Source of the DNA: Octopus vulgaris
Taxonomy: Eukaryota
Assembly (NCBI GenBank): GCA_951406725.2
Contig: OX597821.1
Coordinates: forward strand, 57,226,001 to 57,290,000
DNA: 64,000 nucleotides
Direction of reading: 5' to 3'
Shown: piece after piece, positions 12,601 through 25,153 of the stretch
Position numbering within the stretch: position 1 is the stretch's first letter
Layout of the letters: each line of letters begins with the position of its first letter
Position numbers and translations under genes: made by a program
The notes under the pieces: generated by a model
What the model was told of the DNA's origin: nothing
Databases searched by the model: none
Seen by the model: the letters and a program-made list of their open reading frames with translations, nothing else

Positions 12601-13739
12601 CTTTATCTTCATCATCATTTAATGTTCATTGTCCATGCTGGCATGGGTTGGACAGTTTGACTAGGCTGGCCTGCTGGAAGGCTGCACCAGGCTCCAGTCT
12701 GATTTGGCATGGTTTTCTACAGCTTGATGTCCTTCCTAACGCTAACCACTCTGAGAGAGTAGTGGGTGCTTTTATGTGCCACCAGTATCTGCCACAACTG
12801 CAATTTGGCTCAGTTTGATGGGTCTTCTTCTGCAGCATTTCCATATTTCTTCTCTGATCATCAGCATCTTATTCCTGGCTGTGGGAATCCTATTTTTAAG
12901 GCAGTTTACAAACCGGAGTTCCTTGTTTCAGTGCAGTTTAGCACTAGGTGTTGGTATGCTGTGCGGTAGCAGTTTACTTTCCAACCACATGGTTCTGGAT
13001 TCAGTCCTACTGCATGGCACTGCGGGCAAGTGCTTTCTACTATGGCCCTGGTCTAAGCAAATCCTTGTGAGTGGATTTGGTGAACAAAAACTGAAAGAAG
13101 CCCATCATACAGATATTTGTGTGTTTGTGTGTTCCGCCCACTGCTGAACAACTGCTGTTGGTGTATTCATGTCCTCGTAACCTAGAGGTTCGGCAAAAGG
13201 GAGCAACAAAATAAGTCTCAGGCTTAAAATATATAAAAAAAATAAGTACTGGGGTTGATTTGTTCAACTAAAATTCTTGAAGGCAGTGCCCCAGCATGGC
13301 CTCAGTGTCATGACTGAAACAGGTAAAAAAATTGAAGATAAAAAAGCTGTTTACCTCTAAAAATAAAGGCATTTGTTGTTGATGATGATGATCAAACTCA
13401 TGTGCTGGATGGCTGAATAAACCTAAGGCAATTCTGACTTAACAAGTGTTTTGTTTACCATATTGACAAGTGTGTAAAATGTACATTCGCGTATGATACG
13501 ACTCTATTTTACAACTATATTTTTGGGAAAAATACATATTTAGTAAGTTTCATCATACACCTATTGAAAGATATTTTAAAGTGGTTTTGTTGAGGAAATG
13601 TAAGATTCTGTGCATGTTAATACAATGCTGTGACAGATTACTGGGATAAAGTATAAAACTATAGATTCGTCTTATATAAGCTACATTATAGCAATACGAT
13701 ATTTCAATTTTATCTTCTTTCAGGTCAATTGTATAGTTG

Positions 13740-13966
13740 CTCTTTTACTCTTTTACTTGTTTCAGTCATTTGACTGTGGTCATGCTGGAGCACCGCCTTT
13801 AGTCGAGCAAGGACTTATTCTTTAGTCGACCCCAGGACTTATTCTTTTGTAAGCCTAGTACTTATTCTATTGGTCTCTTTTGCCGAACCGCTAAGTTACG
13901 GGACGTAAACACACCAGCATCGGTTGTCAAGCAATGTTGGGGGGGGGGACAAACACAGACACACAA

Positions 13967-14046
<80 letters not shown>

Positions 14047-14206
14047 GACAGGCTTCTTTCAGTTTCCGTCTACCAAATCCACTCACAAGGCTTCAGTCAG
14101 CCCGAGGCTATAGTAGAAGACACTTGTCCAAGGTGCCACGCAGTGAGACTGAACCCGAAACCATGTGGTTGGTAAGCAAGCTACTAACCACACAGCCACT
14201 CCTACA
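13740..14206 (-). mobile_element. tRNA-derived SINE family B (CORE-like caccttgggcaagtg, internal microsatellite, gtaaaaga tail); also 12950-13340(+), 30040-30415(-), 45027-45330(+), 55435-55829(+) and many partials
   Basis: Near-identical full-length copies: ggagtggctgtgtggt…gggttcagtcccactg…ctccagcatggccgcagtcaaatgactgaaacaagtaaaagag. Confidence 0.88.
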
Positions 14207-15031
14207 CCTTGTTTATATTTTGGTCGAGTTGCCATACAAGACACAAGACATGTAGTTTTTGCTATGATATTTTGTGTTCCCATGAGTGGCTTCCAAGGTG
14301 GTACACCACTGCTATGATTTTGTTGTCATCCACTCGTTGCAAATAGCAGGTGGATGAAAGCAGTGATGGTGATCTACATCTGAAAATAAAACAAGGTGAA
14401 CATGGCTGAAACATCTTTGATGATAGGTCTACTTACCTGGGGCTAAAGATCAATAACTCAATCACAACATTATGAAGGCAGAAGTTGTTCTTGCTGATGT
14501 TAGCCCTGGTTCTGCAAAGTTATGACCAAAAATATATGTACATCTAGAATTATAATGTCCAATATTTTCACCCACTTTTTTTAAGACAATATGATTTGGG
14601 AGACATTTGTTTTGCTATTATTGCTAGAAAGCTGAATGACCACATAGAGACAATTTCATTTATATTATCCAATCTTTCACGCTTTCTTTCTTTTTTGTTT
14701 TTTTTTAGAGACAGAAAGATATGAGGGAAATTTGGCTGCTATTTCTTTGAGAACAATCATCTGTCACCTAGAGCTCTCTTTTCTTTAATTCTCTCTCTCC
14801 CTCATCTTCTTATCTTCTTTCTCTCTCTTTGCTGTTTTCCTTTCTCTTTTTCATTCTGCCTCTTCCTTCCTCTACCCACCTCTTTCTTTCTTGTTACTTT
14901 TATTTTCAATCAATAACTTTTTAAATAAATATTGTTATTAAAATTATAATTAAAATAAGTTTTTTTGGTAAATATCCATCTTGTTTTTCTTATTTTTTCA
15001 TGTTTTTCTTCTCTTTTCTTTTCATCTTCAG

Positions 15032-15113
15032 GAATTATGATAATATTCCATTAGTGGCCAACAGTAATTTTGTGAGCAGCATCGTGATAATAGCCTCTGT
15101 TGTGGTAGAGCAG
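15032..15113 (+). CDS. NBEAL1: NBEAL exon a: (R)NYDNIPLVANSNFVSSIVIIASVVVEQ
   Basis: ttcatcttcag|G … GAGCAG|gtaagt; 82 nt; long pyrimidine tract upstream; phase 2 in, phase 0 out. Confidence 0.9.
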
Positions 15114-18100
15114 GTAAGTACGTCTACTGTATTCTTGCTTCAGTCATTGGACTACAATCATACTTGGACACCATTTCAAAGGATCGTGTCAAATAAATTG
15201 ACCCCAGTTCTTAATTTTTTTAATTTAAGTTTGATCTCTTTTGCCACTTTCTTTTGCTGAACTGCTATGTTGCTCAGATGTAAGCAAACCAACACTGGTT
15301 ACCCTACTTTCCTTTCAATTCATCATCAACATCCGCCCTACATGCTGGCATGGGTGGAATGGTTTGACAAGAGCCAGCCAAGTAGAAGCCTGCGCAAGAC
15401 TTCTGTAACTGTTTCAGCAGGATTTTTACAGCTGGATGCGCTTCCTAACACCAACCACTCAGCAAAGCAGACTTAGTGGTTTTTACGTGGCACAAGCACA
15501 GGCGAGGTCAGTTTTGGGAAGGTTTTTACAGCTGGATGCCCTTCCGAACACCAACCACTTTACAGTGTGGACTGGATGCTTTTAAGTGGCACCTGCACTG
15601 ACAGGGTTACCAAGTACCTGCAAGACCAAAAAAAAAAAAAAGAAAGGAAGAAACTTATGAAGAATTTAGTAAAATAACATTAACTTTATTAAAGCTGGTG
15701 TTTGGATTGTAGATTCACTTGAAATTTTGATGAAAGCTTTTAATCTAGATTAACCCTTTTGTTACTATATTTCTCTCAAAATATACTGCCTTTGTTTCAG
15801 TCCATTTTAAAAATCATGGAAATCTTGTTAGAATAAATTTGTCATTATTAAACTGGTTTTTGGAACATGAATTGACATGAAATTGTGAAGGAAGTTTTAA
15901 ATTTAGATAATTTTAAAGCAGAGAGTTTGCATCGTATCATAAAACTAGAGTCAGTCTCAGGTGGGTTAGTACCAAAATATTAAGCGTAGATGTGTCTATG
16001 GAATATTGAACCACTTACTTGCTATTTTGAGTAGGTAAGTTCAGATGATTGTATAATAGAGATCATAGAGATTGATGCCGGTTTGTTTAGTTCCGTGGAG
16101 AGATGTGAGAGCTGTAGACTATGATGAGGTACTTCAGTGAAAAATGGATTTACTAGTTTGAGACCTTTTGATGGAGTGGAGAGGGAACAGAAGTGTAACA
16201 TACACCAATGGAGAAAGTGATATTTGGAAGATGCAACTAAACAATGAACGTGCTAGTTGCCTGGGTTAGTTTGAGGAAAATGTGTTAATTAGTTCAATTG
16301 ATCAATGAACATATCTGATGAATGAACTAACAGTTCCTTGCAATATTGATTTTTTTCACTTAGGCACAGGCTAAAGATTCTGGTGGTAGTGGTGGTGGTG
16401 GTGGGAGGGATGGTTGATCACATCAGCTCTGGTATTTCATTTATCTTGTACTTATTTTGTTGATCCCTAAAGAGGGAAATGCATTTTGCTATGTTGATAA
16501 GGCTTTTGACAGGACTCTGAAAGAACCTCCAATTTTGTAATGTTTCATTTTGAGAAGCTTAGGTATAAACAAGTGGATTATATAATGGATGTAAATTCTC
16601 TTGGATAATCATAATTTAATGTCGTCCTTCCATCTGACAGAGTTGAACAATTTAACAGGAATGAATGAGCCAGACGACTGCATCTAACCCAAAGTTTGCT
16701 TTGGCCTGGTCTCTATCTCTGGATGTCCTTCCTAATGCCAACCACTCCACAGAATATCCTGGGTACATTTTTTGTGGCTTGGCTCTTGTGAGATCAGCTG
16801 AGGGCATAGAGTATTGTGGGAGGTGGCTTTATGTTGAAAGATTAACGTTTGACTAGAACAGGCATGTTGCTGTGAAGTGGATACATGACCATCCCATTTG
16901 AGAAAAGAGAAAAAGTAACCTGAAAGGAATTTCAGACAAAATGGCTAAATGGATATACTTTTGAGCAACCAAGACATAAGTTCAAAACCTACTGTAAACT
17001 GTTTATACCATTGGGTGGAACACTTTTACAATGGTTGTCAAGTATAGACTCTTGAACTGTCTGGTGAAGTTATATGTATTGATGTCCTATCCAGGAGGAG
17101 TGTTCTCTCTTATCTACTTATCACTTCATAAAATGGAAGTAATGACTTGGCTTAATGGATTTGGTAGATGGAAATTGAAAGAACATTGTTGTGTGTGTAT
17201 GTGTGTGTTTGCTTGTAGCCTTGTCTTGAAATCACATAAATGTTGCAAACGAACATCATTGTTGTACAAGTGAGGTTCATTTCCAGTCTTCCATGGAAAA
17301 GCTTGTTTGGTCATGGGGAAATATTATCTTGCTTGGAAACAGGTGAGGTTTAGTGACAGGAAAGGCATCCAGCTGTAGAAAATCTGCTTCAGCAAATTCC
17401 CATGCAAGTATGAAAAAAATGAGAATTAAATAAAGATGATGAATATAACTGAACATTGTAATGACAGGAAAATTACTCTGGGATACCATCTGCATGGAAA
17501 ATAATTAGTAAAGTAACTGCTAAAACTGTTAATGTGACAAGCAAGCAAATTTTAATTAATCAAGTGTTTACATTGAATTAAAGACTGCATCAATGCTTAA
17601 ATTCTTTCAAGACATGCGGGGGTTGACAGGCCCAAATTTCAGCAATTTTGAAAAGGGTTAATTAACCTGAAATCTTAATATTGGGAAAAACTCCATATTT
17701 CAACAAATTTGAAAAGGGTTAATTAAACTTGAAATCTTAGAATTGGAAATAAGCATGTAGTGAGGAAATGGGTGGGGAATTAATCATTATCTTCAGCAGA
17801 CACTGTGATAACTCTTTATGTGTTCCACCCTTATTAGACTGCAACAGTGAACTGATAGTCTTTCACTACTATATTTGCAATTCTAAAAAGACTCCGCCGG
17901 TTACGACGACGAGGGTCCCAGCTGATACGATCAACGGAACAGCTTGCTCGTGAAATTAACGTGCAAATGGCTGAGCATTCCACAGACACGTGTACCCTTA
18001 ACGTAGTTCTCGGGGATAATCAGCGTGACACAGAGAGTGACAAGGCTGACCCTTTGAAATACAAGTACAACTCATTTTTGCCAGCTGAGTGGACTGGAGC

Positions 18101-19562
18101 AACGTGAAATAAAGTGTCTTGCTCAAGGACACAACGCGTCGCTGGGAATCGAACTCACAACCTTACGATCATGAGCCGAATGCCCTAACCACTAAGCCAC
18201 GCGCCCTCACTATATTTGCAATAAAGAATTGCTGTATGTTATGTGTCATGGCACTTCATCGGTTACAACAATGAGGGTTCCAGTTGATCCAATCGACAGA
18301 ACAGTCTGCTTGTGAAATTAACATGCAGGTGGCTGAGCACTCCACAGACACATGTACCGTTAATGTAGTTCTTGGGGAGATTCAACGTGACACAGAGTGT
18401 GACAAGGCTGGCCCTTTGAAATACAGGTACAAGAGAAACAGGGAGAAAGAGTGAGAGAAAGTTGTGGTGAAAGAGTACAGCTGGGTTCGCACCCCGCCCC
18501 TACCAGAGCCTTGTGCAACCTTAAGTGTTTTTGCTCAATAAACATGATCCTACGACTGTGAGTCTGCTGTCCTAACCACTGGGCTAATGCGCCTCCATAA
18601 TATTATGTGTAGCAATTGCACATAGCGACAAACCATCAGAAAAGTACTCTACCATATATGACCCTTTGTTGTCTTAGGCTTCAATTCATCATCATCATTA
18701 TCACTTTCATTTAACGTCCACTTTTCTATGCTCACACGGCTCAGACAGAATTTATTGAGGTAGATTTCTCTACAGCTGGATGCTCTTTCTGTCACCAACT
18801 CTCACCTGTTTCCAAGCAAGGTCATACCTCCTCATAGCTAGATATGTTTTACATGGAGGGCAGGAAATAAACTACACTGCTTGTCTGATTGTGCATCAAT
18901 CATCACATGTTGTCTAGAGTACACACCTACACACACAAGGGACTTCTTTCAGTCCCCCCCTGCCAAGTTCGCTCACAACTCTTTGGTCAGTCTGGGGCTA
19001 TAAAAGAAGTTTCTTGCCCAAGGTGCCATGCAGTGGGACTGAACCCAAGACCACATGATTGGCAAGCAAGAATCTTAACCACACTGATGCCAAGCTGTAT
19101 CGGCCTTTGCTTTTCCCTTGGATAACATTATTGGTACAGGGAGGCTGGCATGCATGGACAACTGCTGGTCTTTCATTAACAACCTTGCCCAGACTTCTGC
19201 CCCAGAGGGGAAATTTCTAGGTGCAATCCCATGGTCCTTCATGACCAAAGAGGATCTTTACCAATTACCCTATCCTCATCACTGGTAAAACAATTTCCAA
19301 TTTTTCTTTTTTATTGGTTTAGTCTAGAATACAAGTTGGGTGAGTGGCAGTGGCCATGATATACACAGGCCCTCATCTTTATTTAGGAAACAGAACAACA
19401 GCTTCTGTTCAGTTGCAAAGTTAATTCAATATACAGAAACACAGATGCAAACTTCTGAAATAAGCTAAAAGTGTGCTTCCATTTTTATTGTTGTTACTAA
19501 ATGAAATCATTAATAATATTGAGAGAAATCACTGGTGTGGATATCATCATCATCATCATCAT

Positions 19563-19598
<36 letters not shown>

Positions 19599-19804
19599 GG
19601 ATAATGATAATATTGCTACTACAACTTTAGCAGTACACAGCTCTCATTTGCAGACTTCTCTACATAGAAATGCTGTTATTATAGTAATTTATTTGATTTT
19701 AAGCCACAGAATCAACCCTGTCGCAGAACCATCTAGAAATAAATAAATATAAGACTGAAGTAGCATGAAAATGGTTTGGTCTTCTTCAATTCCAAATTGT
19801 ATAC

Positions 19805-19840
<36 letters not shown>

Positions 19841-22800
19841 GTATGTAATCTCTGTTGGATTAATCTTCTTTAAACATTAAACTTCTCTTGCAGCTGATGC
19901 CTATTTTTGAAGTATTTCAGGACTGCATAAACCATTTTTGTTGGCTGGGAAATAGATATGGCAGGAAAGAAGACAGATAAGAATTAGTTGTTTTACATAT
20001 GTCTGCTCTAATCAAGCAGATCTATATAGGAAATTCTGACTCAGTTTACAAATATATTGAAAAACAGCAGAAACCTCTGAAACTAGCGATGCTCTGTGTC
20101 AGCTAATAATAATAAATACGAAACGGTTGGTGCTGGCTCAGCTGAGTGTTTATGAAGGTTGCTTCATAGTAGACTGCTTTGGGGTTGAATCTCACTGTGT
20201 AGTATCTTCAGTAAATGTCTTCTGTTATAGCCCTGGGCCAACCAAAGTCTTGTGTTGGATATGGTGAACAGAGATCGGAATAATCCTGTTACATAGATGT
20301 GTGTTTGTGTTTATGTATGTTGGTCTCTTTTGCTGAGCTGCTAAGTCATGAGGATGTATGCAAACCGACACTGGGTGTCAAGGAGTGGGGGTGAGGGCGA
20401 ATGCAGAAACACATGCACACACGTGTGTGCACTGAGGGCTTCCACACAGTTTCCAAATTCCCCCACAGGTTATTGGTTGAAAGGAATATGGAGCTATCTG
20501 ATTCAGAAGAGCTAAAACTGTTGTAGCATTGATAGAAAAGGAATAAAGTGAATGGGAAAGAGAGAGAGAGAGAGAGATGGGGGGGAGAGAGAGAGAGGTG
20601 GGGGAGGAACGGTACATTTCTGTAAACTAAAGATTGCTGTGTATTGAAGAGTTAATATTTACCCATGAGCCAAATCATCTTTTTTGTGGGGTTTATGCAT
20701 TTCAGTGAATTTATTTAACCACTACCACTACTATCATCATCACCACCATTGTCATTTTAACATCCACTTTTCCATGCTTGCATGGGTTAGACGGAATTTG
20801 TTGAGGCAGGTTTTCTACAGACAGATGCCTTTCCTGTTACCAACCCTCACCTATTTCCAAGCTAGGTAATATTGCTTTCCCCTTCATCAGACATGTTTTT
20901 CATGGAAGATTGGAAACAAACACCACCACTTGTATGATGGTGACACATGTAAAGAACCATCACATGACGTCAAGACAGACACACACACACACCAAATGCC
21001 CTCACAAAGATTTAGTTGGCCCAGTGGCTATAGTAGAAAATAATTATCCATGGTGCTGTGCAGTGGGACTGAATCTGAAGCCTCATAGTTGGGAAGCATT
21101 CTTTTTAACCATACCTCAACATGTGGTAAATTTAACATGATGGCAGCTGCTGACAGATTCAGTTGATTGACATTTGATCTGTGAGTGTTTCTTTCTTATT
21201 GTCAAGAATGGTATCTGGATATTTGGGAATAGAAACTGAGGTTGCTATATTAAAGATTGAAAACAGTTAATGGAGATTTTGTCTCTACACATTAAAGAGG
21301 TTCTTTGATATAGAATTTCATCTATAAATTAAATTGAATTATTAATATTGGAGAGAAAAAAAGCAAAGAAAATAACTGCACCAATGAGGAAACTGTAATA
21401 TGAATATAGTGTAAATACTTCAGCGTTATCTGCTATATGGGAGCTAGCATGGCAGTGTGGTTAAGAACTTCATTTTGCAACCCTGTGGTTTTCGGTTCAG
21501 TCCCACTATATGACACTTTGACCAAAGGACTTCTGCTATAGTCTTGGGTTGACTTATGTTATGTGAACAGATTTTGTTGACAGAGAATGTGTGGAGGCCC
21601 ATTATATATATAATGGTAGGGGGTGCCTCCGAAAGGGGTCTCAGGGAGTAGTGTCCCTGCCTTCTTGAGCTAGTTTTCCACATTTCTTAAAAATTGTGGT
21701 AGAGGCCTTGGTCTCGGGACCACTCATGTTTAGAAACTGAGGTTGGGGGTAAGCAAGGGTATGCTCCCCGTAGAAAATCCAGCTCCAATAAAGCCTCATG
21801 ATAGCAAGGGAGGATGGGCACCAGTCAGCCAGCCTGCCCAAAGGCTGGAGTGGGCTGCACCTGCCTACTGTGGTTACTATGGCATTGAGGTAGATTCGGC
21901 CACTCCTGTTAACATGGACAAAACCCAGATTTAAAATACTGGCTGATGATGATATATTTCAAAAAAGGCGTGATGAAGAGTGCCACTTAACCAAAGCTCT
22001 GGCTCAGTAGTGGGTTCCACACTCCACTTCGATATACTGTCTAGTACAATGCAGGACATGGATCGTGAAGGAGGCTAATGTGTGCAATACAAACAAAATA
22101 GTAGAAGCAATAATAATGATTTACAGAAAACAGGTATGATATTCAATGCTTTATAGAACATACACGTGTTTCAACAACACATTATTGTAATTGCATATGA
22201 TTGTAAAAACGTTATGCAGTCTTGCACCCACCTCATCAGTGTTCAGAGGTGAAGGGAATGACTGCATAGTGTTTTTACAAGTGTTATGTAAATATTGGGC
22301 ATTTTGCTGAAATGCATATATGTTCTATTAAGTATTCAAAATCGTACCTGTTTCTTGTAAATTGTTCTTGTTTCTCTCTCTGTTTCTGTCTCTCATTATG
22401 TGTATGTGTTTATGTGTGTGTCAGTTTGTGTTTGTCACCCCTGCTTCCACTGCCTGACAACCAGTGTTTGTTTATACTGCTGTAACCTAGTGATAAAGCA
22501 GATAAAAAGAATACAATGGTACTGGGGGCAATTTGGTCAAATCAAAACCCTTCAAGGCAGTACCCCAGCATGGCCACAGTCCAATGCCTGAAACTAGTAA
22601 AAGCTAACTTTACATAAAGAATGTCTCTGTTGGTTGTTGTGCTTGATGATGCTTAGCAACCATAGCCAACTCTGATGGAACAAGATTATATGCAGGTCAG
22701 TTCTAAAATGCAACATTTTCTGTAAGTCATACTTTTGAAATAAGTGGTTTTGAAGACAATGTGGTTGTTGGTGAAAGTTGTGTTTGGCTTACTATCTTAT

Positions 22801-25082
22801 TTGTGCATATCATCATCATTATCGTTTAACATCCATTTTCCATGCTGGCATGGGTTGGCTGGTTTGGCTGAGGTCTGGAGAGCCAGCGGCTGCACCAAGC
22901 TCCAATCTGATCTAGTAGTGTTTCTACAGCTGGATGCCCTTCCTAATGCCAACCATTCCAAGAGTGTAGTGAGTGTTTTTTACGTGCCACCGGCACAGGA
23001 GCCAGTCAGGTGGGCCTTGCATCAATCATATTCAGATGGTGCTTTTTACGTGCCTCTGGCACGGGAGCCAGCCAGGTGGTACTGGCATTCAGCTACAATC
23101 GGTTGGTACTTTTTACATGCCTCTGTCATAAGAGCCAGTCAGGCGGTACTGGCATTGACCACAATCAGTTGGTGCTTGTTACGTGCCACCGGCACTGGGG
23201 AGCCAGTCAGATGGACCTGGCATATCTTTATGGAATTTGGAATAGTGAGTTCTGAAGAGGAAAGGGACAAAGTAGATTCTATTGATAAGGAGCATTTTTG
23301 GTTTTATCTTTTACTTGTTTAGGTCATTAGACTGTGGCCATGCTGGGGCACCACCCTGAAAATTTTTTAGTTCAACAAACTGACTGCAGTACGTTTTTCC
23401 TTCAACCTGATGTTTATTCTCTCTGTGCGTATTCTGCCAAACTGCTATGATTAATTAAAAGCAATGTGAATAAATAAGCATTACATTTGACTGAGTAGTC
23501 TGAATGCTAAAGGGTTAAATATGACAGAAAGACAGAAACCAGTATCTTGCTGTAGAGGAGACACATGGTTACCCCACCAGCTGGAAAAATAAGAGGATTA
23601 TGGTGAAGTTGTGTCAGGGTTTACCCTCAGATCACAGGATAGCATGCTGCTATGCTTCTTTAGAAATATCAGTCAAGGATGATGATAAAGGTGAGAGTAA
23701 TGATGACAGTGATGGTGATGCTGTGTATGGACATAGAGTTGAGGATGATGATGATGATGATTGTGGTGGTAGGATAGCTGTTCACATAGAATTAACAATT
23801 CTACAGACTAAGGCTACGACTCGGCTGATGCTTATTTCAACTTCCATAGTGTTAATTGGATGAAGACATAACCTAACTTGGATAGGTTTCTCCATTTATT
23901 ACAGAAATGTTTCTCACTGACTGATTAGGCAAGGCTCAGTTTAACGGCAATAAGCTATATTTCCTCTTTGATAATTTAGTAATTACATTATTAACTTGAG
24001 ATGGATAAATGGCTAACTCAATCTAGCCAGGATTTGAAGAATGAAGCTGTAGTGTTCAAACTTATCACCATTTATCACTTGCAGCTCTCCTGACACCTGT
24101 GCCTATTCAACTATTCACGTTATTAGGAATATTACAAACGGTGTAATTACATTGATGTGAGAAAATCTTGGTAGCTACAGTTATACATTAGCAGTTATAT
24201 GGTATAGATTAGAGGTGCGGGGATGGCTGTGGGATAAACAGCTAGCTTCCCAATGCCATGGTTTTGGGTTCAGTTCTAGTGCATGGCACCTTTGGCAGCA
24301 AGTGTCTTCTGCTGTAGTCTAGAGCCAGCCAAGAATTTGCTAGATGGAAACTGAAAGAAGCCCATCATATATGTGTGAGTGTGATTTTCTGTCTTACTTG
24401 TCTTGATATCATGTGATAGTTGTAAGAGCAAGCCACCGTCATGCAAATGGTGTCCTTTGTTGTTGAACATGTCTGGTCAAAGGGAATCATTACCTAACTG
24501 AAAAGAGGTGAGGGTCACTGACAGGAAGAACACCTGGCCATAGAAAACCCACCTCAACATATTCTGTCTGACCCAAGCAAGCACATGAAAGGAGACATTA
24601 AAACAACAACAATGATGATGATGATGATGAGGATTAGAAAATGCCATTGCTAACACTAACCACTAACTTCTTAATCATTAAATTCTTTCCTTGATTTTCT
24701 CTTTTTTTTTTTCATATTTTTTTCCTCTTTTTTTTTTCAGATTTGTGATTCATCTGAACAAAATAAAAATGTGATACTATTGTCTTTCCTCAAGCATACC
24801 ATTTACTTCTTTGAGTGTCTTTATGACCCATATTTTGTGTGGAGGAAGCGGCTTCGAAAGTAAGTTCTTTCTCTCTTTCATTTCTTCAAACTGTTCATCT
24901 TTGGCAGGACTGTGTGCCACTGAAGAACGGTCTCAATATGTTTCATTGTGTCTGGCAATCTGATCTGACTTACTGACATATTATAATTAGGTTCAATTCA
25001 CCCATACTGTGATTATGCATATGTGTGGGTGTGTTTGTGTGAGTTTGTATACATACATACATATATATATATAGATAGATAT

Positions 25083-25153
<71 letters not shown>

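Noticed and set aside
17644-17746. ~40-bp direct repeat with ~62-bp period
   Set aside because: Two-copy local slippage duplication with no further structure.
18140-18208. tRNA gene
   Set aside because: The tRNA-like head runs straight into a SINE body bounded by TSDs, with no acceptor-stem closure. The same applies to the other SINE heads.
21969-22080. C/D-box snoRNA (GTGATGA box C)
   Set aside because: No CTGA D box at a suitable distance and no terminal stem; TGATGA is ubiquitous here.
22744-23322. 192-aa ORF
   Set aside because: Antisense reading of an RTE 3' UTR repeat; the same '[11 protein letters not shown]' peptide recurs in many repeat copies.
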